DNA of 62,579 nucleotides, counting the filler, from Rhabdomonas costata (taxonomy: Eukaryota), in assembly GCA_019059605.1 (NCBI GenBank). It is 20 parts of 20 records of this genome, joined end to end, with 100 filler letters (N's around TTAATTAATTAA, not from the genome) between each part and the next. Parts side by side here need not be neighbours in the genome. Positions count along the whole stretch, not along the records: positions 25,111 to 28,147 come from JAHMHO010001505.1; positions 28,248 to 31,281 come from JAHMHO010001506.1; positions 31,382 to 34,415 come from JAHMHO010001507.1; positions 34,516 to 37,546 come from JAHMHO010001508.1; 16 more parts are not named here. One strand, written 5' to 3'. Position 1 is the stretch's first letter; each line of letters starts with the position of its first letter. Positions 25,868 to 37,646 of the stretch are shown in pieces. A program made the translations under genes and the position numbers. The notes under the pieces are model-generated. The model searched no databases. It saw only the letters and a list, made by a program, of their open reading frames with translations, and was not told the origin of the DNA.

Positions 25868-26946
25868 TTCTCCTGGTTGTCATACCACTCACACAGAGAG
25901 AGTTCGGCTTTTTTATGCTTTAGTTTACGTGTGCAATTTTGTCTCCTGGAGAATGGTCTTATCGGGCACTTTGCAAAGGGTGCTGGCGTTCACAACCGCG
26001 CTCCCAACTGGCGGCTTTTAAACAGAGTCTCCGAAGAGTGATCCGTAATCCACACCTACTCCTTTGGTGAGACACTGTAGGTTGCGCGGGGTACCCCGTA
26101 TGCACTCCGCCACTCACAGTTTTGCGAGTGCGTCTGGAAGAGGTGCTACCACTAAAGGCTCCACTGCCTTACAGCGCGTTGCAGCGGCCGAGGATGTCTT
26201 GTATTTATGGGCCTCAAGTGGTTGCAGTCCCGCTCACCGCTCAGAAGGGCCGATGAGAGAGAGCTCATTGTTGATGCTCTGGTTCCACTCAAGCAATTTC
26301 TGACAGACCGGCAGAAAAAGTATGCGGTGAAGACTTTGAGTGGTCGCGCCCTCTGCACCTTTTTTGGGAATCATACCGCCCTTCACCTCGTTTCCAATTA
26401 GTAAATTGACCTGAAATCTGAAGTATCCTCTTTCCATGCACAGTGTGGCAACTGTTTTTGATTGGAAGCTCGCAGGAATTCCCTTCGGTGGGGCTAGCGG
26501 TGAGGACTCGTGGGCTCTGCGGTACCCTTCACCCTTGGGTAAGCCAATCAGCCCGTGCACTGTGCAGGCCTGCACAGGGTACAATAACGAATTCCACCCG
26601 TTGGCTGAGTCAAAATCGCCACAAAAGGACCTAAAATGCCCCCCTGCAGCAAGTCCCAGAACTCGACGTAGAGAAGTTGTGAGGGGAGGGGAGGGGTGTC
26701 TGAAATTATTTCGCTTGCCCTTGTAGCCTTCTTGTAGCCTTCCCCCCCCCCCCACATGAACTGACCACCTCTTTTTGAGCATATTCGTTTCTCCCCTTGC
26801 ACTTAACTTCCCGCTTTTTTCCGTATTCTTGCCCCTCCAATATACAAACCTCTGGACATTGCTATAGTGAGTGTTTGTGCTTTTTTTTAGGTGGTGAGAA
26901 TACGGGCGTTGCCCGAGATTTGGGTTACTTGGAACATAGGAGATAG

Positions 26947-27108
26947 GAGAGGGGTTGGAAGGAGGTTGCGGCTCTGCATTGGTTTGCACCTTCGGTTTTC
27001 TGGGACTAAATCCACAGCTGAGCCTGCGGCTGGTTTGCAAGCGGTTTCAAGAGCTGATTGATGAGAACCTCGCTCTGGAGTGGAAGGTCGACCCTAAGAT
27101 CTTTCGCA
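26947..27108 (+). CDS. Exon with an F-box-like motif
   Basis: ALVCTFGFLGLNPQLSLRLVCKRFQELI resembles the F-box consensus IFxFL...LxxxxxVCKxFxxL. TAG acceptor and GTGCGT donor. Confidence 0.45.
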
Positions 27109-28703
27109 GTGCGTCAGGCGTTCGATGGACGCTTACCAGCAGTTTCTGTCCCATTCCCAACAAAGAACCATTCACTCACACAAAATTTGCTGTTCCTACT
27201 CTCTGATATTGAATCTCACCCTCTAATCCATGAGCTTTTGTTCCTGACCAGTGATGCCCCGCGCGAATCCGTTTACTCCCACTCGGTGGCAATGGAACAC
27301 AACGAAGTGCAAAAAACCTACAGTGACGACACACTAATTTTTTCCAATTCTTTGTAAATTTTGTAAATCTTTGTAAATTCACAATGAAGTTTCCAAACGT
27401 TATAACGATCGTAATGACGTCAGCGTGTCAGCCTATGCTGTAATATTTGATGAGGAGGGTCCCACCTTTACCTTGGGAAATGTGAAACGGACAGTGAGGA
27501 GTCTATACACACATGTGTGATATAAGCATTAATATGCATCATGGGAAGTAACAAACCCGAGCTGTTTTTGACTGACTGGTTGTGATTCCCTTTGCGTTTT
27601 CTCCGCAGTTTTGCTCTGAAACGCATACAATCGTCCCTCAGTGCTGCTTCGAAATGTGTCATTTGTTTAACGCGAGCTACCACGGCTTCCGCTTGGACTG
27701 CACCCAGTTTCCTTCTCCTGAGACTCCCCTACTGCGGCCCTCGTCTGGTGGTTGTGGAAAATCCAAGAAGCTTCCGCAAGCCTATTCGGAGCACGCGATG
27801 CGAGACTCTTGGCAAGTGCTCCACAACAAGTTTAGACCCTCCATTGTGGCGGCCCTAAGGTATTTAAGCACTGGTGAGCTCAGTGACACCATCGACCCTC
27901 CGCACTATCTGCATTGCAGCTGCGCCAGCCGTCACGATGACCGGCCTCCGCTCAAAAGGAAGCGAGACGATCGATGTGCAGAGCATGCTGCTGTGTTCGT
28001 GCCAATCTGTGAGTTTACGGAGGCTGGTAGCTAGTCCCAAGCAAAGGGTGGTCACTGTCATGGGGCAGGGCTACCTGCTTCCGGAGCGGAGCGCTTATGT
28101 GTGGTCCGAGTTGGAAGCAGGTAGCCCTGCCCCATGACACCAACCACNNNNNNNNNNNNNNNNNNNNNNNNNNNNNNNNNNNNNNNNNNNNTTAATTAAT
28201 TAANNNNNNNNNNNNNNNNNNNNNNNNNNNNNNNNNNNNNNNNNNNNGGGTGGGGGGGGTGGCAACAGCGGAGTTGCTCCACCACGTGGAAGAGGTGTCA
28301 GCCTCCAGCAGAGGGAGGGCAGTTCAGGAACAGGAGGTGAGTTCAGTAAAAGCCTCCAGGGAAGCGTCGGAGACGGAGGCTCGCCCCAAAGGCAAAAGAA
28401 AGAGTCTGATCCCATCTGCAAGGAAGCCACGAGGGACCTTGCACATGTTTCCTTAGGAAGCAGAGGCAATCCCGTAGAGCACCATCTCAGCTGGAGGGGG
28501 TGCAATGAAAGAGATCATCAAGATCGGCGGTATCTTGGGAAAGGCGAATGCCCAGGAGGAGTCGCGGAGGGCTGCGTTTGCGCAGGCACAGGTGGAAGAC
28601 GTAGCCGAAGGTCTTGGCAGCTGATACTGATACCCCTATCCTTAAAGTGTGCCCGTTAGTGGAGGGCAGCCATATATCTTTCCGCTCTTTTCCGACCCCA
28701 CAG

Positions 28704-28814
28704 GGCCTGAACCATTTCCTGTGCACCCAGTGCATGGTCAAGTGGAAGGGCACGGACTACTTCCTGCAGTTCCTGAAGCGCCGCGAAGGATTCTACCGCT
28801 CCCATAAGGAATAA
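28704..28814 (+). CDS. Terminal exon of a zinc-ribbon-like protein (GLNHFLCTQCMVKWKGTDYFLQFLKRREGFYRSHKE*); paralogue of the gene at 55275-56151
   Basis: Pyrimidine tract with a CAG acceptor, strong GC3 bias, and a residue-for-residue match to the terminal exon at 55373-55275. Confidence 0.8.
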   Translation, partial: GLNHFLCTQCMVKWKGTDYFLQFLKRREGFYRSHKE

Positions 28815-30339
28815 CCAAAAGAGAAGCCCAATCCGACCAACTAAGCACCCGAGTGACCCGAAAGTTTGAGGGCGTTGGCAAACCGATTTTTCCATGTGCC
28901 TTTGTTTCCCGGAATTGCATTTCTGGTTTGCCCTCTTTGCCTTCTGCAAGGTGTGTTATCTACTGTCTGTGTGGTGAATTAGCGGTGTTTTTGTGTGGAT
29001 GTCGGGGCGTTTTCTGCTTTGCTACTCCGGAAGCCCACAAGATCTCAGTCCCACCTTTTGCGCATGCTCTTTCCCCTTTTTTTTTGCCCAAACCCGTTTT
29101 TTCACATTACTCCCGGTCTTGGATATATTCCCTCACTGACCGGTCTTTGCGACCTCTCGCCCTTGGTTTGTTCTGGCCCGTGATGCTGGTTCATTTTCCA
29201 GCCTTTTCAAATATTGTCGTGGTGAAAGAAAAAATTCGCTCATATTTGTCAGTAGATGCCTTTTCCATCGTTTGGTCTTTTTGGTTTGTTCGCTCAGTAC
29301 ACCGCCCCCCTTTTCGATTGCCTCTCCTCACAGACCTCGCCAGGACACCACACCTTCCCATAAAGAATACTTCAGCCGTCCTGAAAAGAACGTTGGGGCA
29401 ACTCGGGCAGACCGCAAATTCGCACGCTCTGGAATGGAGTCTCAGCCTATCGCGGACACCCGTTCAGGGCACCACATTCGAGCTCATTTTTGGGATAGAT
29501 GATAGCATCATCTGATGATACAGCATGTGACCTTTGTTCTATTATATTCATGTCTTCGCTGCCCCTTCCGAGTAGGTGTCTTTCCTCGGCTCCCCAGCTC
29601 TTCATTACCGTGCTGGTACAGGAGAAGAATGGGACCCTGGTAGGGCCGTGCCATTGCTGTCGCTTGGAAGGGTTGGTTTCTTTTTTCTTCCGTTTCGTGC
29701 AGAAGCAGCAGTGCTGGTTTTGTGGTTACCCTTGCTGCTACGTTTGCTTTCCCACTCATCGGGTGTGCGCCCAGGGCACTGATGACAGCAGTGCCCTTGT
29801 ACACTTCGCAGCACAATGCCTCCCCAGCTCGCAATCACTCATGACCACTCCACAGTGTGGCCTGCTTTCGCACACCATGTACACAAGTGACGCGATCCCT
29901 TACCGACCCCCCCCGCCGCCTTTCTCCTTATTCCCCCAACACATTGGGGCGAAGGCTGGTTTTGTTTTGGTGGATGGAAGATGTTCAGCGTACATTGCTG
30001 TTGGGCCCTTTTTAGTTCCTTTGTGGTGCCAAGTGTTTTTGACTGCGGGAAAGAGAATGAGGCTGCCCCCCCCCCTCATCACGCAGCGTTGAGCTCGGAG
30101 AAGGCCCTGTGCGCTTGCGAGTATGCCTCTTCTCCTTTCTTCTGCCGCCCCACCTGAAAGGCAGGAGAGCTGAACTTCGGCTGGAGACCCGTCTGCTTGA
30201 GAAAGCGTGCTTCCTGATGGCTTCCTTGAAAATACTGTTCGATCTCATAGAAACTGTCCCATCCCTCCGCAGCTTGATATAGCTGACTACCCCATAAGCT
30301 GAAAGCTACTGAAAGCCACGGCACAACACAGGATGCAAC

Positions 30340-30394
30340 AAAAGACGTCTGTTCGAAATGTCACACACCAAATTCTCAGTTTCGGGGTGTCACT
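30340..30394 (+). repeat. Dispersed repeat, copy 1 (copy 2 is inverted at 47960-48011)
   Basis: Identical 18-mer TTCTCAGTTTCGGGGTGT plus an adjacent block, AAAAGACGTCTGTTCGAAATG versus AAAAGACTTCTATTGGAAATG, on an unrelated contig. Confidence 0.75.
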
Positions 30395-32242
30395 TGCCCG
30401 ATTTTAGGCCGTGCATGTTAAAACTGGTGGGATGTGTGTTGTTCTCAGTGGTGTTCAAAGTTTGCTGAATTCTTGTGCTGTCTGACTTGTGCTGATCTCT
30501 CATCGTTTCTCATTGTGGGTGCAGCATTGCTGCCTTTGGATGTCTGTGGACGTTTTTCTATTATGAAGAAGTCTCGTCTCTCTGCTTTAGGGTCATATTT
30601 TATTGCTTCGCATTAAAGAATGTTTCGCAGGGGCTACGTGCGAGATCCGTACTCCCCCGCAGGTGTGCCTGGCGAAGCCCCCCCCTTCCCGATCACGGTC
30701 CAGTGTTTAGCTGGCTTTATCCTTTATTTTCTTGGGGTGGAGTGGGGAGAGAGAGAGGCAGTTTTCAAACTTCTTCCCACTCTCAGGAATCAAAGAATTG
30801 GATAACCGTCCAATTCTGTTTGTGGGAGTTCTGAAGACTCGTCCAGCAGGATCCTCTTTCACCTGGTGTGAATGTGTGTGTGTGCGCGCGTATGTGAGGG
30901 TAGTGTCTTATGCGGGTTTGTGTTTATGAAACGACAGCTTATGACTGTGTTGGTAGAAAAAAATTTAGAAGGGGTAGAAAAAGAAAGAGACTTTGTCAGG
31001 ACTTTCCCAGCAACAGCCTTACAATTTGTGCCCTGGTGCTGTGCTGGAGTGCCATGCCACCCAGATGCCACCACAGGGACCTGCTGCACAGGAACCTTGG
31101 ACTCACGGCAGAACCGTAGGAAAACCCATCATGGCGATGAAGACGTTGAAAGCAGGAAAGAAGGCAAAGTAAGGCAAGTTATCTCACGGCGAAATTCTTT
31201 CTGACTCTCCACCACACAAAAACACCAACACAAACACTTCTCCCAACAGACCGGGATTGTGTGGACCGTGAACCCCCAACCNNNNNNNNNNNNNNNNNNN
31301 NNNNNNNNNNNNNNNNNNNNNNNNNTTAATTAATTAANNNNNNNNNNNNNNNNNNNNNNNNNNNNNNNNNNNNNNNNNNNNAGGGCTCGTCCGCTGCGGA
31401 AAGATCATATGAGAATCCCCCTGGTGTGTTGTGAAGACAATTCTGAACTTTGACATCTCCCTTGTTTTGGACTGCATGAGCACCGGGTGAGTTCCCTGAG
31501 GCGGCAGGTAACAGAAAGCCGCATTTATGGGTCAATGGGAGAGGCGTCGCCGTCCTACGCCTGGTGGAGTGGTCCCTGTTCCATGGGTTGGCCATTGTAC
31601 AATAATTATGCGGTGTAATTGAAGCCGTCAAAGCGCGTCAAACATTGATACAAGCGATGGACGTCATTCTTGGGGCCGGTCATGGTCCTCTCGCTTTCCC
31701 GCAACGGTCCCCCGCTCAAGAACGCTGTCCGGGAAGCCAGATGTGTGTTCTGACTTTTCGGACTTTTCTGAGCAGGGCCATCTTTGTGACGCGGTTGCAC
31801 GGAGGAGCTGGAGTGTTTCGTTGTGTCGACGGCTACCGATTTCGATCCTTCGGATGATGGTGATCCATGATTCGGTGAGGTCCCAAGTGGAAACGAGTCG
31901 CACTAAAACTCGTGCTGTTTGATAAAGACCCGAGAGAAATAATTGGGGAAACTTAAAGCATTTTCTTGAGTGGGCAAAGTTGCGCTGATTCATCTGAGGC
32001 GGCGTGTTCGATGGGGAGGGGTTGTCACGTTCAAATTTCACGAGTTCGTCTCGCGTTAATTTGAATCCTCTTTATCACTGTCTCCTGACCGAGGCAGCAG
32101 GAGTGCGTATGTGTTGTGCGAGCACACCTCCAGAAGCGAGGTCGGGTGTTACCTGGCCCCTGGTGTCTTTCGCGTTCGTGTGTCTTAGAGCATAGGTCTC
32201 AGGACTCTTGCGACAGCTTCTCTTCTTCTTCCCCCGCGAAAT

Positions 32243-34094
32243 ATGGTCAGCATATTTTGGCTCGTTCCGCTGCTGCTTATTACGGCACAGGCCGGAGCTC
32301 TGAACCCTTTGAACTTCACTGACCCTCCGGGTGTGCAAATAGTTTTTCTGTGGCAGTTGCTTTCTCGTCTCACCGGAAACCAGACAGAAATTTCGGGCCT
32401 CTTCTTTTGCGGAGTGCGTGAAACGTTTAGCACCGCTAACGGAGTATCGCCAACCCCATGGACTGGCCTAAAATTAACTGAATCGCTTTTGGTATTGCCA
32501 TCCGGGAACCGTTCATCGCCCTTTCGTTCTTTGTATTTCCATGGGCCAAAAGCCAAGAGCCTTGCCGGCGCCCCGTTGAAGTGCAGGGGTTCCACGGTAG
32601 TCATCACTTCATTAACGCGAGTGTGGGGAATGACTTTTTCGATCGCGGTCCAGACCAGCCTTATCCCTGGACTTTTTCGTCCGTTTTGGGTAACGCAACC
32701 CGGGCTGTGATTCTCCAGTGCACCACAATTCAGGTGCGGGGTTTGGGATTAGGTGCAGTGAGTGGACCTTGCCCCGGCAACGTTTCGGCGATGTGCCGGC
32801 CGTGGGTGCAGATCTCGTCCTCGAACTCGACCAGGCATCAAAAGCTGTTCTTTTCCCAAAGTGGAGAGGACTCCTTTGCTTACTTCACCTTCTTCTACCA
32901 CCTGACTCGGGGGACCTTCGTGGAAATCGGAGCTTTGGACGGGAGGATGTACTCCAACACTCTGTTCTTTGAGGCTCACCGGGGCTGGAAAGGGGTGCTG
33001 ATCGAGGGCAATCCTTTGCTGTGTGGGAAGCTTTGCCAGAACCGTCCCTGTGCTAAGGTGACCTGTGGGGCGGTATGCGACACCCCACACACGGTGCACT
33101 ATCTCACGTACCGTCGTTCAAAGAGCAAAAGTATCCGTGCCGTAGCAGGCGTTGAGGAGTTCATGGCGCCGTCGTTCAAGAAGACCTGGTACTCACCGGG
33201 GCAGCCCTTTTCCAGGTGGCCCCCTTCCAGCTCTCCTTTTTTCTTGCTGCCTACGGGGTTTCAGAACAGCCCTGCGCGGGGTTTGGCTCTGATTGTCAAA
33301 AAGTTTAAATCAGTTGTCACGTGGCAGGAGGGCAGTTCATGAGAGTCATTCATAGAGCATTATATTTTGAAGCGACTGTTTTACGAACTTCCCGATAAAT
33401 CTGGAGATGTTCCGATTTACTTTCCCTCAGTGCTTTTACATTCCACTCCGTTCGTGGTTAAACCAAAATGGCCGCTTTTTTAGCAGTCCCCTCGCAAGGT
33501 GGTCGACCTTTGAGCCACAATTGTGTTGAACCACGATGTGTGGCATTCCCATATGAAGCTTTGGGGTACTATGCCGCGTCGCAGCAGGGTAGGGGGCATG
33601 TGGGTGGTTGGGGTGAAAATAGGTTTAACGTGAGCTGCCAACCCATGTCTCAAATCTTGTCCCAAGCTGGGCTACGCCACGTGGACTTCTTTAGCTTGGA
33701 CGTGGAAGGCGCCGAGTTCGCGGGTATGCTACTCCCCATTTCTGTGTCCCCCGGCCTCTCTCCGCTCCCTCCGCTCTCCTCGTTTTCTGATGTCCTTGAT
33801 TTTATCCTTGGCCCGACGAGAATGTCTCGTCTTTCCCCTTTTTGTCTTGGACCAACAGTTCTGCGAACCGTGGACTTCTCCCTGGTTACCGTGGACGTCT
33901 TTGCCATTGAGCTGGACGGGGTCAACTCAAGAAAAGATCAATATACCAGGCAGCACCTTGCAGACAATGGGTATTTCCTCTATGCCGAGGCGCTGCGGTC
34001 AAGCTGGTTTGTTCGCAACGCCAGCCTGTACGCGGGGTATCCCAAGCCAGCAATGCGCCGGATAGTCAGCTACTACAAGGGCCACAAAAAGTAA
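32243..34094 (+). CDS. FkbM-family (Methyltransf_21) SAM-dependent methyltransferase with N-terminal signal peptide; exons 32243-32330, 32582-33215, 33623-33723, 33859-34094
   Basis: Motifs are FSQSGED, GTFVEIGALDGRMYSNT, WKGVLIEGNP, HVDFFSLDVEGAE and VDVFAIE. Three GT-AG introns restore one frame ending in TAA. The N-terminus is MVSIFWLVPLLLITAQAGA. Confidence 0.88.
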
Positions 34095-35528
34095 CGCATG
34101 AGGAACTCCCGGAAAGCTATATACTCCCTGAACCTTTTGAATTATGGTGTTTCCTTCTATACTTTGTTACTTCTTCTGGAGTTGGTGTGGGTTTTCGGTG
34201 ACCACAGGTTCCTCTTTCCTTGCGGGTGTCCGGTGCTCTGTGCTGTGTTGTACCCGTGGGTGAGTGCATGTCACAAATTGTTGGCTCACAGCCCCAACAT
34301 TTTCTGGTGTTGATCAACTGGGTTTGATGGAGGCGGTGTTTTCAGAAGCATGGAGAGAGGGTGTCAGCTCGAGAAAATGTTGGGGCTGTGAGCCAACAAT
34401 TTGTGACACCCACCTNNNNNNNNNNNNNNNNNNNNNNNNNNNNNNNNNNNNNNNNNNNNTTAATTAATTAANNNNNNNNNNNNNNNNNNNNNNNNNNNNN
34501 NNNNNNNNNNNNNNNAGTGAAACTTCTCTTAAGTTCGACGACTATGACAGCCATCACAGCCGTTCCTGTGGTTTCTTTAGGGTTGACTTGAAGATACCTC
34601 GTTTCTGTTCGGAGCTGCTGGGTTGTCGTTTCCCACACACACAGCATGCCGTGAAATTCGTCTTCACAATGTTAACTGCGCAACGGGCCGGTGATTGAAT
34701 TTAGTGGAGGGTTGTATTTGATTGATACCTCCGAAAGAACGGATTATCAAGGAATATCCCATCTCAGCCATCCTGCAATCCGCATTCGGCTGTGCGGACA
34801 ACGTATGAGACAAAAGCAACCTTCAAAGAAAAGAATGGGAGTTGTGTCGGATGCGCCCTTCTTGAGGACCTTCTTGTGAAGGATATGGGAGGCTGTGGGG
34901 TCGGGGGCCCTCTTGACAGCAAAGCACAGGGACTACCTGTTTCCCTACCGCGCCGCATTTGGGTACTCGCTGATGCGAACTGGGCGGTTCGGGGAGGCTT
35001 TCCACAACTACCTCGTGCCCAGCAGTGGTGCAGGCACTGCGGGTCCCAAGTGGCAGTTCACAACGGAGTCCCCGTTCAAGGAGTTCTGCGCACTTGTACA
35101 GAAGTGTGTGCAAGTGACCCTTCCATCTTCCGTTGTTCGTGCGGATTGTTTCGTTACTTTCCTTGGTGGCGATTTGAGAGATAGGTTTCTTTTTTAAAAC
35201 GGCTTTCACACCACATCCAAGAAAAACCAGAACAAAAGCTAAGCTTCCTCAGGGTACTAAACCTGCAGGATGTCAAACTCAAATAAAGGTAGTTCGTTGA
35301 CGGTAGGTTCTGAGCATCTTTGCGCAGCGAAGATGGCCTTCACGTAGTAGGGCTATCTTGGCTGTTTCGCGCTAGCGAGCCTACGGAGCGAGCAGCGAAC
35401 GTATGCGAGTTAACTGAGGAACGAGCGTAGCGAGTGACGATTGGGGGCCCCAGGAACGTGGTGACTGGGGTAGTATCACATCTTATCTCTCATCATCATC
35501 ACATCTCAGCATTCCCCTCAGGTATTCA

Positions 35529-36787
35529 TCAATTTGGGTCATCACGTGGGTTCCTTCGCTGGGATATTAGAAGGTACGAAGTGGGGGCCTCTGCCACGGA
35601 TGTTATCATGTCGGCCAAAACTTTGGTAACCCACTCCGTAAACAGTAATAGGTACTTAGCTGCGGCGGTACTCGACCGAGCTCCTTGAGGGCCGGCGTGT
35701 CGAAAGACCTGAAGGTAGCGTCAAGAACGCACAGGCAAGCATGGCGAACGTTCCTGGGTTCAAGGGTTCGAGTAACATGTGTTGGTAGAGGCATCCTGAC
35801 TCACGTTGGCAGAAGCCGTCCTGAGGCAAGAGGGACGCAGAGGGCCAAGATAGGTATGGATGTCAACGATGATGCGTGGGATGCCAACTCAGCCAACGTG
35901 AGAACATGCCAACCTCCCACATGCCAACATCCACCTGTCATGCCAACCCCAAAGCCAAGATCCACCCCTGATGCCAAGATCCAACCTCCGATACTGAGAT
36001 CCACCCTCCTGCTGACATCCTACGCTACCTCACGTTGATGGATGTCTAGCGCTACTGCTACGCTAAGGATGTCAGCATGAGGGGGAGTGACGCATCACGG
36101 GAAACAAAGACAAACAAATTAACAGGCAAACAATGACTGTGGCAGTCATGTGCAGGTTAGTGTCGTCTTCCCCCCCTTCCCGCTCGCGGCATCGGTTCCC
36201 TCAGGCGGCGGGTGCGAAGAACCCACCTGAAAAAGGGAAAGATGGTCGACGTAGTTCGACGGCATGACCAGAAAGCTCAGCTTGACGTCCGCACCGCTGC
36301 CACACTCAAGCACTTCCGCGGCTTCGCCCAGAAGAGCTGCGGAGAGCGCATGCGATCACCAAAGCAGGAAGGAGCCTCTGAAGCGCTAAACAACAGTTTC
36401 ACCAACCAACACGAACCGAAAGCGTGCATTTCAACCGCTGCTGGCACTCGATGAGCGGCAAGGCGGGAATGCGGCAGGGGTGTTCGAAAGGAAAAATTCC
36501 GAGGTCAAAGCCAACCAAGCAATACACGATGAGCAGCGGTCCCAAAATCCATAACAGCGCAGCGGTGACACGTACACGCTTGAGTTTCAAGCAGGGATTA
36601 AATGGAGGTGCCAGAGCGCAGTGATTTGCCAAAAGCCTTTGGACAGGCTTGCCCGACCGAAAAAACCACAGCGTACCTTGAAGGGCGTCCACGGGAATCT
36701 GTCGATGGCAGAGGTACTTGTTGGGGCTGCAGAAGGTGATCAGCGTCAAGGTGGGGAGGTCGTCATACATTCCGGCCAGGATCCACT
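35529..36787 (-). CDS. Uncharacterised protein, last three exons (36787-36677, 36336-36227, 35708-35529)
   Basis: Three CAG-preceded segments join in frame: EWILAGMYDDLP...VDALQ/ALLGEAAEVLEC...HLSLFQ/VFRHAG...KYLLLFTEWVTKVLADMI...*. Confidence 0.5.
35881..36020. repeat. Degenerate tandem array of an (AT)GCCAA[C/G]ATCCACC-like motif
   Basis: Seven GCCAA cores between 35883 and 35977, decaying into GAGATCCACC and GACATCC variants. Confidence 0.7.
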
Positions 36788-37646
36788 CTGCGTGGCGTGG
36801 GTTCAACGCATGGGACGGGAGCCTAGTGAACACCATTACAACCCCCCCTCCTCCTCCTCCAACGCATAGTCAGGCCCAACTCAGGTTCTCAGTGCTCGTT
36901 GCACGTTCATAGAAGACACGAAAATAAGTTAGGCCAGAATCCTAAGCCAATCGACTTGGAATCACGAGGTTCACATTCGTTTGTTCGTGCAGTCAAGTTC
37001 TCTCGTCTTCCCGGGTGCTTCGTCACGTCCAACCATTTAATGATTCACCGAGTGGGAGATCATTTCCTACCGTTTCCCATCCTTGGTGCCCTTGCCCTTG
37101 GTGAAGAACGTCATCCAACTCAGGAGAATGCTGCGAAGGAATTTCCCCACACCACCGTTTGCCCTTTTTGCGGGAAGGTCCTTCGTGCACAAAGCGCGCA
37201 GGGGCGAGGGGTTCATGGGGAGAAGTCCGGACCACATTTGCCAGGAGTGTGCCGGAACAGCACGGGGGATCCCTTCGGAGAGCGGTACAGAGGCTGCCCG
37301 AGCGAGCAAGACACCGTGGGAACCTCCCCGCCGGAAAGCTGGAACACCCCCCACCCCACACACAAACATCCCAATTCAGCCTGTCGGTTCAATTCAGATG
37401 TGGATCATTGCTTCCAGTTTGACACAGGCCAGCGCGCACAAAACAAGAAAACAAAAAGGGGGTCTTCTTCGCAGCGAACCAAATATGCCCGAAACATGAC
37501 AAAACACGACAAAAAGCAACCTTGAGGAGCGTCATCCGCACACAAGNNNNNNNNNNNNNNNNNNNNNNNNNNNNNNNNNNNNNNNNNNNNTTAATTAATT
37601 AANNNNNNNNNNNNNNNNNNNNNNNNNNNNNNNNNNNNNNNNNNNN

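Noticed and set aside
33189..33622. Possible non-conventional or GC intron in the methyltransferase
   Set aside because: An ordinary GT donor at 33216 pairs in phase with the AG at 33621-33622 and gives a sensible spacing.
34269..34408. 37-bp perfect inverted repeat with a 66-nt loop
   Set aside because: The second arm ends at the contig terminus. It is the third contig-end inversion, so it is treated as an artefact.
35460..35750. Possible mitochondrial gene module, gRNA cassette or rRNA fragment between inverted repeats
   Set aside because: No respiratory-chain peptide appears in any frame, even reading TGA as Trp. The resemblance to the SSU 530 loop is poor, and the core reads well as an in-frame nuclear terminal exon.
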